Shown here piece by piece: positions 43,690-53,764 of a stretch of DNA of 64,000 bases. Source of the stretch: Candidatus Methanomethylicia archaeon (GTDB lineage Archaea > Thermoproteota > Methanomethylicia > CALHIW01); NCBI GenBank assembly GCA_038845975.1, contig JAWBQF010000013.1, forward strand, positions 1-64,000, given 5' to 3'. The notes beneath the pieces are model-generated. The model saw only the letters and a list, made by a program, of their open reading frames with translations, was not told where the DNA came from and made no database searches. Both the position numbers and the translations under genes were made by a program. Every line of letters begins with the position of its first letter. Position 1 is the stretch's first letter.

Positions 43690-44184
43690 TTATTCCTCTA
43701 GCTCGACAACCATTTCGCAGTAGGGATCACCTGCTGATCGAAGCTTCTCAAATTTTACCTTTAGCTTGTGATTAAGAAGCTCAGCTGCTCTCTTCTCAAA
43801 TTCAAAGTGGCCTTCACTACATAGTTTAGCTGCTATTGGATCAGGATTCTCAAAGAAGTGGCATGTATGGTATCTTAGAATAGCCTTTTTACTTGATGCT
43901 TCCACAATCTCCATTTTATAACCCATTATTTCCTGAGCCAACTTAAAGTATGAAACAAAAGTTTTAGCATCGTTTCCCTCTATATTGAATGATTTAAGTC
44001 CTCTTAGAAAGAAGTTTTCAGCTCCTTTCCTCCATACTTGCTTAATTACTTTAAGACCGGCTTCTCCAAACCTCTCATATACTGCTCTTTCAAGCTCAGC
44101 CATGTACCAGCATCTAGTTCTACCTGTAGCTTTCCATTTCTTTTCAGGGGGCCATTCCTCCTCAGACAGCTTTACTTCACTCAA
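43690..44184 (-). CDS. ATC-hydrolase/V4R-like small protein
   Basis: ERFGE, HTCHFF, LC and GDPYCE motifs; overlaps the ACAD stop. Confidence 0.7.
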   Translation of the reverse strand: MSEVKLSEEEWPPEKKWKATGRTRCWYMAELERAVYERFGEAGLKVIKQVWRKGAENFFLRGLKSFNIEGNDAKTFVSYFKLAQEIMGYKMEIVEASSKKAILRYHTCHFFENPDPIAAKLCSEGHFEFEKRAAELLNHKLKVKFEKLRSAGDPYCEMVVELEE

Positions 44185-45409
44185 TCTTTACCCTCCCTTC
44201 AACTAGACTTCTAGCTATAAGATCTCTTAATGCTTTCGGAGCTCCTTCAGCTCCCTGAATATAGGCGAATGCTCCTAGTAATGCTCTGAATACTGGTAGC
44301 TCCGTGAAGTATGCCATTCCACCAAACCATTGCATAATTTCTTCAGAGGCTTTTAAAGCTACTTCCGTTGCTTTTGTTTTAGCTGTTGCTCCTGCAACTC
44401 CTATATCTATAGGCTTTATTGTTGGATCTTTATGCTTATAGTATCTATCTGCTAGCCATGCAGCCTTATATACTAATAGTCTAGCGGCTTCAAGCTCCTC
44501 ATATATTTTAGCAAGCTCAAAACTTATTCCTTGATATGATGCTAGAGACTGTCCGAAAAGCTTCCTCTCCTTAATCCACTGTAATCCCTGATTTATAAGC
44601 CATTTAACTCCTCCTAGAATTGAGCCTCCAATAAATGTTCTCCCTAGATTAAAGCCTTCAACTGCAACTCTAAAACCATCATTAACCCCTCCAACTCTAT
44701 ACTTATCCTCAACTTCAGCCTTCTCAATAGTAAGAATATCGCTATCTAATGCATGTCTGCCCATATGCTTATATCTACTATAGTTTACATTACTAATTAT
44801 TTCCCCATCCCTTTTACGGTATATTATGAAGTTCGTAAGTCCTTTATGTCTAGTTTCTAAGGGAGCTGTTCTAGCTAGTAGGAACCATCCACCTCCCCAC
44901 GGCATACTATCTATTAATACCCCACCACTAACTATGCTTTTCTCTCCTTCAATTAGCCATTTATTCTCATCTATTTTTCTAGCTTGTACTCTTTGTATTC
45001 CAGCTAGATCTGTTCCACCTTGAGCTTCAGTAGAAGCAATTCCTAAAACAGCATCTCCTGAAGTAATTTTAGGGAGAAGCTCACTTTTAGCATCGCTACT
45101 TCCATAAAGTTGAACTATGTAGGGCCAAGAGTTTGAAAGTCCCATAACCCCTGCAGTAACAAGAGTGGGGTCATGTGATGATAACTCCTCCTGAACCAAT
45201 GCTACATCTAAAAACGACATATCTGAACCTCCAAACTCTTCAGATAATACTCCTCCATGAACTCCAAGCCTAGCTAACTCCTTAACAGTATTTGAGGGGA
45301 ATTTACCCTCATCATCTATCTTAACCCAGTTAGGATCTATGTTTTTTACGCAGAATTCATGAATACTATTAATAAGAAGTTTCTGCTCAGTAGTTAGTAG
45401 GAAATCCAT
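44177..45409 (-). CDS. Acyl-CoA dehydrogenase
   Basis: STEAQGGTD, GEK, RKLFGQ, QWFGGMAY, GAEG. Confidence 0.92.
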   Translation of the reverse strand: MDFLLTTEQKLLINSIHEFCVKNIDPNWVKIDDEGKFPSNTVKELARLGVHGGVLSEEFGGSDMSFLDVALVQEELSSHDPTLVTAGVMGLSNSWPYIVQLYGSSDAKSELLPKITSGDAVLGIASTEAQGGTDLAGIQRVQARKIDENKWLIEGEKSIVSGGVLIDSMPWGGGWFLLARTAPLETRHKGLTNFIIYRKRDGEIISNVNYSRYKHMGRHALDSDILTIEKAEVEDKYRVGGVNDGFRVAVEGFNLGRTFIGGSILGGVKWLINQGLQWIKERKLFGQSLASYQGISFELAKIYEELEAARLLVYKAAWLADRYYKHKDPTIKPIDIGVAGATAKTKATEVALKASEEIMQWFGGMAYFTELPVFRALLGAFAYIQGAEGAPKALRDLIARSLVEGRVKIE

Positions 45410-45447
45410 AATAACACCTAGCTAATCTTTACCTTTAATATTTAAAC

Positions 45448-46239
45448 TTATCTTCCCCTCCATTCAGGCTTCCTCTTCTCTAGGAATGCTCTTGCCCCTT
45501 CCTTCTGGTCTTCAGTACTAAATAGTTGCGCGAAGATTTGAGCCTCATATTTAAGTCCTTCTGTTAAGCCTATTTCCAGAGAGGCATTAATAGCTTCCTT
45601 TGCAGCAGCAATCATAACTGGGCTTTTACTCTTTATTTTCTCTAGAAACTCATTAACAGTATCCATAAGTTTATCTGGGGGAACTACTTTATTTATTAAT
45701 CCTAGCTCAGCCATTTCCTTTGCTGATACTCTATCTCCAGTAAATATTAGTTCTTTAGCTTTCTTCTCACCTATGAGTCTAGGTAGTCTTTGAGTCCCCC
45801 CACCACCAGGTATTACTCCAACATTTATTTCGGGCTGTCCAAATACAGCATCCTCGGAAGCTATGATGATATCGCATGCCTGTGTAAGTTCGAACCCGCC
45901 TCCTAAGCAGTATCCATGAACTGCTGCAATAACTGGTTTAGGCATTTCTCTTATTATTCTTGATAGTACGAATGATGTTCCAACCTCCTTAAATACCTCC
46001 ATAACCTTAATTGGAGTCCATTCAAGGAAAGCTTTAATATCAGCTCCTGCACTAAATGCTTTACCGGATCCCTTTATGACAACGGCTCTTATATTTTCAT
46101 CTTTACCTGCATCTTCTAGAGCCTCTTTTAATTCTCTACGCATCTCATAGTCTAAAGCATTGTATCTATCAGGATTATTTAGAGTTATCCATGCAACATT
46201 GTCTTTCTTCTCATAGATTACACGTTTAAATCCATTCAT
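45448..46239 (-). CDS. Enoyl-CoA hydratase (crotonase)
   Basis: AFSAGADI, GGGFEL, PEINVGVIPGGGGTQRL. Confidence 0.95.
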   Translation of the reverse strand: MNGFKRVIYEKKDNVAWITLNNPDRYNALDYEMRRELKEALEDAGKDENIRAVVIKGSGKAFSAGADIKAFLEWTPIKVMEVFKEVGTSFVLSRIIREMPKPVIAAVHGYCLGGGFELTQACDIIIASEDAVFGQPEINVGVIPGGGGTQRLPRLIGEKKAKELIFTGDRVSAKEMAELGLINKVVPPDKLMDTVNEFLEKIKSKSPVMIAAAKEAINASLEIGLTEGLKYEAQIFAQLFSTEDQKEGARAFLEKRKPEWRGR

Positions 46240-46245
46240 GTTTCC

Positions 46246-47505
46246 TCACCATGTATAGAAGCCTTCCCCAGTCTTTTTACCTAGTTTTCCCCTACTGATA
46301 AACTCTAGAAGTAGTTGATCAGGCTCATAGAAAATACCATAATCCTCCTTTACAGTTTTCCTCTTATCCCTTAAAATGTTTACAATATTATCTAGGCCAT
46401 ATTCATCAGCTATCTCTAGGAGACCCTTCGGGAAATTGTATCCAAGCTTTAGAGAAGTATCTATTTCTTTAGCTGTAGATACATTATTTCTAACTAGCCA
46501 AGCGGATAAGTTAACTGCTGGAGCTAATACTTGTATTGGATCTATTTTTTCACCGGCATCTTTAGGAATCTCTACTTTAACCCATTGACCTGGCTTAGGA
46601 TAATCATAGAATCCCTTACCTGTCTTAACTCCAAGCCATCCCTTACCATGGTATTCCATTGAAAGCTTTAATGCATATTCACGTATTTTAACGTATTCCT
46701 CATGAGGCTCCCATTCAGGATATTTATTACGCATCTCATTAAAGTATGTATTTTCGCCGATCTCTATATCTATTGCTCCAGTAAAATCTACTAGTTCAAA
46801 TGGACCCATAGGTAGGTTAAGCTTATATCTAAATGCTGAATCTATTTCTACTGGTTTAGCTTCTCCTCTTTGAATCATTGCAAAGGCTTCATATCTAATA
46901 GTTCTATAAACTCTATTAGCTATGAATCCTCTTATATCCTTATTAACAAGTATAGGTTCCTTCCCTAATTTTTGGGCTAGCTTAAAAGCTACCTCAGCAG
47001 TTTCATTACTTGTATATTTACACTTCACAATCTCTATAAGCCTCATTACTTGAGGAGGGTTAAACCAATGCATACCTACAACTTTATCCGGTCTATTGGT
47101 AGCTTCAGCCATAGGCGTAATTGGTAAGCCACTAGTATTGGAAGCTATTACTGCGTGAAATGGAGCATGTTCATCAACATCTTTAAAGGTCTGAATTTTA
47201 AGGTCTAGTCTTTCAGGTATGGCTTCAATAATGAAGTCAGCGTTATTAACAGCCTCTCTAACATTAACATAGGTTGAAATTCTACTTAGTGTCGAATCAG
47301 CATCTACCCTACTAATTCTCCCGCGCTCAATAAGCTTATCTAAACTCCACTTTATCTTCTCAATAGCTCTATTAAGTATTTCATGAGAAACATCAACTAA
47401 GTTGACACTGTATTTGTTCATAGCAAAAACTTGAGCGATACCGTGACCCATAATACCAGCACCAATAACAGAAACAGTTTTTAAATTTTCAAGCTTTAAG
47501 CCCAT
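46246..47505 (-). CDS. 3-hydroxyacyl-CoA dehydrogenase with duplicated C-terminal domain
   Basis: GAGIMGHGIA, EAIPE, SNTS, HWFNPP, GFIANR, PMGPF. Confidence 0.95.
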   Translation of the reverse strand: MGLKLENLKTVSVIGAGIMGHGIAQVFAMNKYSVNLVDVSHEILNRAIEKIKWSLDKLIERGRISRVDADSTLSRISTYVNVREAVNNADFIIEAIPERLDLKIQTFKDVDEHAPFHAVIASNTSGLPITPMAEATNRPDKVVGMHWFNPPQVMRLIEIVKCKYTSNETAEVAFKLAQKLGKEPILVNKDIRGFIANRVYRTIRYEAFAMIQRGEAKPVEIDSAFRYKLNLPMGPFELVDFTGAIDIEIGENTYFNEMRNKYPEWEPHEEYVKIREYALKLSMEYHGKGWLGVKTGKGFYDYPKPGQWVKVEIPKDAGEKIDPIQVLAPAVNLSAWLVRNNVSTAKEIDTSLKLGYNFPKGLLEIADEYGLDNIVNILRDKRKTVKEDYGIFYEPDQLLLEFISRGKLGKKTGEGFYTW

Positions 47506-47566
47506 AATTAATAACACCCATTCCGGCTATTAAAGCTTAGAATAAAAACTTTTCTATTATTAACTT

Positions 47567-48270
47567 GATACTGTTACTTTTAGATTTTTGAGTAGGCTTT
47601 AGGAAGCTATCTCTTGGAGGTGATTTTTGTAGATAGACTTCTTAAAGCCCTGAGGGATAGAGGTATTTTCAGGCGTAATAAGGTTTCGCTTAAAAGAAGC
47701 TGAGGGCATGTATTCTCTACATGGCTTAGTTATAGGGATATTGCTACGTCTGTCGGGTTGTTGATGTGAGCTATGTATCTGTATGGTGTTGGATTCAGAA
47801 GATTGAGGGAGTAAGAATTGATGTGAAGCCAATAGGGGGATGGTAGCTATTGATGAGATGAAGCTGAGGAGGCATCATTTCTATTATGGGCTGCAATAGA
47901 TGTTAAGACCAAGAGCTTCCAGCAATGAGGGCTTCATGGCGGAGAAGCATACTGGATGCAGATCTCTTCCTGAAGCAAGTCCTTAAGGCATGTGTTAATA
48001 AGCCTCTAATCCTAGTAGGGGCCATGGTATCCCCAGGCATTACATAACCATGGTTTAAGATGGAGGCATCAAACCTTCGCTAGGAATACGATAGAGAGAT
48101 GGTTTCGAACACTTAAGGATCGAACAAAAGATTCTACACAACTTCAGACAAGAAACTCATAAAGATCAACCTATTCCTAAACTTCTTCATACTCTGGTAT
48201 AACTGGATAAGACCTCATCAAACCATAGGAAAACCACCAGCAATAACATAAACCTAAAAGTAACAGTATA
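47567..48270 (+). mobile_element. Decayed IS6-family element, group B copy 2
   Basis: TIRs ATACTGTTACTTTTAG / CTAAAAGTAACAGTAT. Remnants VAIDE, WAAIDV, GPWY, RNTIERWFRTLKDRT, WYNWIRPHQT. Confidence 0.88.
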
Positions 48271-48395
48271 AATCCAATTTCATTAGCTTAGCATACACAT
48301 AGTAATGATCATAACATTTATACTAGCCTTCAATATTTTGAGAGTATATACCAAATCATATAAGAATGGGGGTATGTAGCCTTTGTTAGGGCTAG

Positions 48396-48436
48396 TATTA
48401 ATTTTAATATGATATCTTATCATATTAAAATTAGTA
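48396..48436. repeat. Palindrome with perfect 16-bp arms and 3-nt loop
   Basis: TAATTTTAATATGATA-TCT-TATCATATTAAAATTA at 48399-48433. Confidence 0.8.
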
Positions 48437-48733
48437 TGATAAGGATATGTAGACTGTTTCTTTACACTCTCAAATGTAACTCATTATGGACTTAATTAAT
48501 ATTATATTCATCAATAAACTCTTTTAATTAACATGGATAATTGATTACAGTCCACTAAATATTCTGAAAAGAAAAATTATTCTTATAAATATAGATGGTA
48601 TTCCTACTTTCTTAAAACCCATAACCAATAATTATATCAAACAAGTAGGAAATACTCCAAGTAAGACTTCTTAAGACATGAAACATGAATCGTCTATAAG
48701 TAAAACTTGAATTTATTATCACAGTATTGTATT

Positions 48734-49147
48734 ATGAATAGCAATATAAGATATTTGCTAAATGAGTCTAGGAGGTTTTTAAATCTTGCTTTTGAAGAGT
48801 TTAAAAGAGGACTTAATGAGGAAAGGGATGAAGTCATTAGGGATGATGCTGAAAAATCATGGAATGCTATAGTTCAAGCAACAGCAGCTCTCCTACTATT
48901 TAAGGGGTTTAAAGAGGAGGAGGCAAAGACATATAAGCAAAAGAGGACTGCACTTGAAGATTTAGGTATTAGGGATGAGACTATTAGGAAACTAGGTTTT
49001 AGAGATAGATTTATGGCCAAGGAGAATACGCTACATATAAAATGCTTCTACGATGGAGAGTATAGAGTAGAAGTAATTAGAGAGGAAATTGAAAAAACCA
49101 AACAATACATAGATGATATAGAGAAGCTATTAAAGGGAACCATCTAA
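48734..49147 (+). CDS. PaREP1-family (HEPN-like) protein
   Basis: AEKSWNAIVQATAAL and LH..CFYDG motifs. Confidence 0.75.
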   Translation: MNSNIRYLLNESRRFLNLAFEEFKRGLNEERDEVIRDDAEKSWNAIVQATAALLLFKGFKEEEAKTYKQKRTALEDLGIRDETIRKLGFRDRFMAKENTLHIKCFYDGEYRVEVIREEIEKTKQYIDDIEKLLKGTI

Positions 49148-49541
49148 TAGAGAAATTATCTGGAAACCATTTAAATTTTCTCTTAGGATTGCATGGAGTT
49201 TAAATGTTTCTGGTTATGGGATTCAAGCTTCTAGTTCCATCCAAGTGAAGACTTCTAGAATTGAGGACCTACCTATACAGTTGTATAATGAAGCCATAAA
49301 GTATTGATGGGGCTAGTAATGAATGCGACTCTAAATATCTCATCTTAGATGATTTTGGGGGGTTAAGTATGGTAGGTCTAAGAGCCTGGGGTTACAGATA
49401 ATTCAACATATAACACAAAGAAGATAAATGTTGAAAGCCTCATAGGAAATATAATACTAAAGTAGGGTAATAAATATGCTTAAGTTTACAGAATCCATGT
49501 GCTATACGCTAAGTTTAAATATTGTTATTCTTAGTGATGTT

Positions 49542-50978
49542 ATGCGTTCCCCATCAGCTTATATTGAAAAGCTAATGAATATGAAGCCTAATATCTATAT
49601 TGGCGGTAAAAAAGTTGGAAGAGATTTTAAAGCTTTTCAGCCTGGTATTAAAACCATTTCTATGACTTATCAGCTTGCGGAAAGTAGTGAGTTTAGAGAT
49701 TTTATAATTGCTGAATCACATCTTACAGGGGAGAAAATTAATAGATTTACACATATATGTCAAAGTCCTGATGATCTTTTAAAGAAGCAGGAAATGATAA
49801 GGAGAACATGTCAAATTGTTGGTAGATGTATTCAGAGATGTATGGGATGTGATGCTATAAATGCTCTTTCAGTTGTTACAAAGGAAGTTGATGATAAATA
49901 TGGAACAGAATATTATAGGAGATTTCTAAAGTATTTATATATGTTTCAAAGAGAAGACTTAACTGCAGCTTGTGCCCAAACAGATGTAAAGGGAGATAGA
50001 AGTCTAAGACCTTTTCAACAGCATGATCCTGACCTCTATTTAAGAATTGTTAAGAAGACAGATGAGGGAGTTATTGTAAGAGGAGCTAAGACTCATATTA
50101 CTATTGCACCTTATGCTGATGAGATTATAGCTTTACCTACAAGAGCAATGACTGAGAGGGATTCTGATTATGCTATTGCATTTGCTATCCCAGCTGATTG
50201 GGATGGTGTTAAGCTAATAACAGTTTCCCATAGTCATAGGGAGAGGAAAGAATTGAAGGCGCCTGTAACTGAGTATTCAGCATCACATTCTATGGTTGTT
50301 TTCGATGATGTATTTGTTCCATGGGATAGGGTTTTCATGTGTGGTGAATGGGATTTTGCTGGGAGATTAGCTATGCTTTTCGCTACATATCATAGACATA
50401 GCTATACTGGCTGTAAACCAGCTATGACTGATATATTGATGGGAGCTGCTGCTTTAGCTGCAGAATATAATGGCATTGAGGGGGCACATCATGTTAGAGA
50501 TAAATTAGCAGATATGGTTGCAACAGCTGAACTTGTTTATGCAGCTGGAATAGCTTCAGCAGTAAAGGGTGTTAAAGCATCATCAGGAACCTTCATCCCA
50601 AATATAGTATATGCAAACGTTGGAAGATACCATGCAGGAGTAAAAATATATAGTGAGTTTGAAATTGTTGCTGATATTGCAGGCGGAATTGCAGCAACAG
50701 TACCATATGAGGAGGACTATCTAAACCCTGAAACAAGAAAATACATTGAGAAATACATAGCTAGAAAGAAGAACATACCTCCAGAACATATATATCGCTG
50801 CTTTAAATTCATTCAAGACATAATATGCTCCGCACCAGCGGCAGCTTCACAGATTAGTGGAGTTCATGGTGGGGGGTCCCCTATAATGGAGAGAATTACA
50901 ATAATGGCTAACTACGATATAGAATCTAAGAAGAAAATAGCGAAATATTTAGCTGGAATTGAGGAATTAGCAATATAG
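49542..50978 (+). CDS. abfD: 4-hydroxybutyryl-CoA dehydratase family protein
   Basis: CIQRC, AQTDVKGDRS, HRHSYTGCK ([4Fe-4S] ligands 3 Cys + His), HGGGSP. TATA at 49514 supports the start at 49542. Confidence 0.85.
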   Translation: MRSPSAYIEKLMNMKPNIYIGGKKVGRDFKAFQPGIKTISMTYQLAESSEFRDFIIAESHLTGEKINRFTHICQSPDDLLKKQEMIRRTCQIVGRCIQRCMGCDAINALSVVTKEVDDKYGTEYYRRFLKYLYMFQREDLTAACAQTDVKGDRSLRPFQQHDPDLYLRIVKKTDEGVIVRGAKTHITIAPYADEIIALPTRAMTERDSDYAIAFAIPADWDGVKLITVSHSHRERKELKAPVTEYSASHSMVVFDDVFVPWDRVFMCGEWDFAGRLAMLFATYHRHSYTGCKPAMTDILMGAAALAAEYNGIEGAHHVRDKLADMVATAELVYAAGIASAVKGVKASSGTFIPNIVYANVGRYHAGVKIYSEFEIVADIAGGIAATVPYEEDYLNPETRKYIEKYIARKKNIPPEHIYRCFKFIQDIICSAPAAASQISGVHGGGSPIMERITIMANYDIESKKKIAKYLAGIEELAI

Positions 50979-51074
50979 AATACTGGGAAAAGCTCATATT
51001 GAAACTGGAAAACGGTAGTTAAGCTATTATTTTTATACTATGAAGCTTAGGATTAGTTAGACTTTAAGCTAGAA

Positions 51075-51322
51075 GTTTAGAAAATAATGTGGAAGTTCTA
51101 GCTGAAGAAGACTGTGTAAATGAGTTTATAAAATTTCATAAGAAAGAACTACTCAAAGCATGCTGAAGTTGAAGGAATAGAAATTTAGGACTATAATGGG
51201 AAAACGCTAAAGAAACAGGATGAAATGCTAAACGAGGTGGGCTTAGAAAGAATTTGCAATGAAGATTTAAGAAAATCGAGAAGGAAATAAGAGTTATGAA
51301 AGAGAAGATAGGACTTATATAG
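51075..51322 (+). pseudogene. Acylphosphatase-like + coiled-coil gene remnant
   Basis: Fragments ENNVEVLAE, FIRKNYSKHAEVEGIEI, KKQDEML and KIEKEIRVMKEKIGLI across frameshifts. Confidence 0.4.
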
Positions 51323-51363
51323 GTATAGTTAGTAAAGGTTGATTAGAGTTTATAGATAGGTAG

Positions 51364-52068
51364 CTATAGACCTAGATATGCTCTTTTAACTATTGGGTTG
51401 TTAGCTAGCTCCTCAGCTTTACCTTCCCCTACGGTAATTCCACCTTCTATAAGGAAGCCGTAGTCCATGATTTTAAGTGTTAAGTGTATATTTTGCTCTA
51501 CTAGGAGTATTGTAATTCCCTCGTTTCTAAGCTTTTCAACAATACTGATTATTTGCTGTGTTATTTTTGGTGCTAATCCTAGACTTGGTTCATCAAACAT
51601 TAGTAGTTTAGGTCTAGTTATAAGGGCTCTAGCAATAGCTAGCATTTGCTGCTCACCACCACTTAGAGTTTCCGCTCTTTGATTTCTTCTCTCCTTTAAT
51701 ACTGGGAATAATGTATATATCCAATCTAAACTATCTCTAAAACGTCTTCTAGCATCCTTAATATATGCTCCCATCTCTAGATTCTCGTAAACAGTCATAT
51801 TTCCAAATATCCTTCTACCTTCTGGAACAAGTCCTATACCAAGCTTTACTATTTCACTAGGCTGTTTACCGGTAATATTAGCTCCATTAAATTCTATTAA
51901 TCCACTCCAGGGTTTTAATAATCCAATTATAGTATTTAACGTTGTTGTTTTCCCAGCTCCATTAGGTCCTAGAAAAGCTGTTATGCTTTTCTCCTCTACT
52001 TTTAGGTTAACATTATGGAGTACCTTAAAATCTCCATATCCTCCTTCTAGCTTCTCAACTTTAAGCAT
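51364..52068 (-). CDS. livF: ABC ATPase LivF-like
   Basis: GPNGAGKT, VPEGRRIF, LSGGEQQM, DEPSLGLAP. Confidence 0.92.
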   Translation of the reverse strand: MLKVEKLEGGYGDFKVLHNVNLKVEEKSITAFLGPNGAGKTTTLNTIIGLLKPWSGLIEFNGANITGKQPSEIVKLGIGLVPEGRRIFGNMTVYENLEMGAYIKDARRRFRDSLDWIYTLFPVLKERRNQRAETLSGGEQQMLAIARALITRPKLLMFDEPSLGLAPKITQQIISIVEKLRNEGITILLVEQNIHLTLKIMDYGFLIEGGITVGEGKAEELANNPIVKRAYLGL

Positions 52069-52072
52069 TTCA

Positions 52073-52828
52073 TCACCTCTTAACGAATTTAAATGCTAAA
52101 TCCCGATCGCCGAAATATACTTCTGCAACCTTAATATTGCTTGCTATATCTTCAGGTTTTCCTTCAGCTATTTTTACCCCTTCATGGAGAACAGCAATTC
52201 TATCTGAAACATTCATTACAGCATGCATTAAATGTTCAATCATAAGTATTGTTATTTTCTTTTCATTTTTAATTCTCCTAATAATATCAAGCATTTCAGA
52301 AATCTCAGATGGTGTTAATCCAGCTAGACATTCATCAAGTAGTAGTAATTCAGGCTCTGAACCAAGCGCTCTTGCCAGTTCAAGTCTCTTTCTTCCTTGA
52401 GCATTTAAAGACTTGGATGGAGTTTCCTTAAACTTGTCTAACCCAATAGTTTCAATAATATTCTCGGCTAATTTTTTAGCTTCTTCTACTGATATTTTAC
52501 CATACCTCTTACCATTAAGGATACTTACCATTACATTTTCAAGTACTGTTAGGTTATTGAATGGACGTGTTACCTGATATGTTCTCGCAATACCCATACG
52601 ACATCTTAAATGGGGAGGTAGCCTAGTAATATCTTTCTCCCTATATACTATTCTACCTGAGTCAGGAAGATATACCCCAGTTATTACATTAACAAGTGTT
52701 GTCTTCCCTGAGCCGTTTGGACCTATTAATCCTAAAATCTCGTTTTCATAAATATCTATTGAAACATCTTTTAGAGCAGTAACTCCTCCAAATCTTTTAA
52801 CAATATTCTCTACCTTAAGTAGAGTCAT
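52073..52828 (-). CDS. livG: ABC ATPase LivG-like
   Basis: FGGVTAL, GIARTYQ, LLDECLAGL, IEH. Confidence 0.92.
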   Translation of the reverse strand: MTLLKVENIVKRFGGVTALKDVSIDIYENEILGLIGPNGSGKTTLVNVITGVYLPDSGRIVYREKDITRLPPHLRCRMGIARTYQVTRPFNNLTVLENVMVSILNGKRYGKISVEEAKKLAENIIETIGLDKFKETPSKSLNAQGRKRLELARALGSEPELLLLDECLAGLTPSEISEMLDIIRRIKNEKKITILMIEHLMHAVMNVSDRIAVLHEGVKIAEGKPEDIASNIKVAEVYFGDRDLAFKFVKR

Positions 52829-52836
52829 ACTCCCAC

Positions 52837-53760
52837 CTAAATTAAAAAGTCTCTTAACCTCTTAAATCTACTTCTTAGTAATCCTATAATACCTTCAGGA
52901 GCTATTGAAATTATAGCTACTACAAGTAATCCAAATATAAGTAGCTGTAATCCTGGGAAGTATCTCATAAGTAGGTCTTTAAGCATTTCATATATTACTG
53001 CTCCAATTATAGGTCCTATAGCTGTTCCACTACCTCCAAGTAGAACTATAAGTATTGCTTCAATAGACCATGAGAGATCTATTACTGTTTCAGGCATTAC
53101 CCAAAATATTTTGAAGGCTACAACACCTCCTGCAATTCCTGGAAATAATGCACTTAAAATGAATGCTATTACCTTACATCTAGTTGTATTAACACCTGAT
53201 GTTTCAGCTGCATCATGATCCTCTCTTAAAGCCTTTAGAGAGTAGCCGAGAGGAGATATTGATAGTTTCAATGTTAAAACTGTTGCTGCTATTGATAATA
53301 GTAGGAGGATATATGTGAGAACATATGGATTGTATGCTTCACCTAAATATCTAAATAGCGTTATTCCAGCAGCTCCTCCTGCAATCTTACCCCCAATTAT
53401 AAGATACCTAACAGCAGGAACAGTGCATAAAGTACATATAGCAAAGAAGGGGCCTCTAAGCCTTAAAACCACAATTCCAATAAGAAATGCTACAATAGAT
53501 GATACTATACCTCCAATAATCATCGATAAATATGGATTCAGCCCTTGAACAACCAGTAATGCAAACATGTAAGCCCCTATACCTATGAATACTGCATGTC
53601 CAAAATTGTATAGTCCACCGAAACCCATAATTATATTTAGAGACTGTGATATAACCATTAGAAATAATATGTAGTAAACTATTTCAAGATATGCTTTAGA
53701 AATTAGTGATGAAGCTATTAAGAGAATATATATAAGTATAAATCCAACATATTTCTTCAT
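52837..53760 (-). CDS. livM: ABC permease LivM-like
   Basis: FGHAVFIGIGAY, RLRGPFFAI, REDHDAA, LLGGSG. Confidence 0.9.
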   Translation of the reverse strand: MKKYVGFILIYILLIASSLISKAYLEIVYYILFLMVISQSLNIIMGFGGLYNFGHAVFIGIGAYMFALLVVQGLNPYLSMIIGGIVSSIVAFLIGIVVLRLRGPFFAICTLCTVPAVRYLIIGGKIAGGAAGITLFRYLGEAYNPYVLTYILLLLSIAATVLTLKLSISPLGYSLKALREDHDAAETSGVNTTRCKVIAFILSALFPGIAGGVVAFKIFWVMPETVIDLSWSIEAILIVLLGGSGTAIGPIIGAVIYEMLKDLLMRYFPGLQLLIFGLLVVAIISIAPEGIIGLLRSRFKRLRDFLI

Positions 53761-53764
53761 AATA

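Noticed and set aside
46246-46248. TGA as selenocysteine
   Set aside because: It is in an interdomain linker, not a Cys position, and no SECIS-like hairpin was seen.
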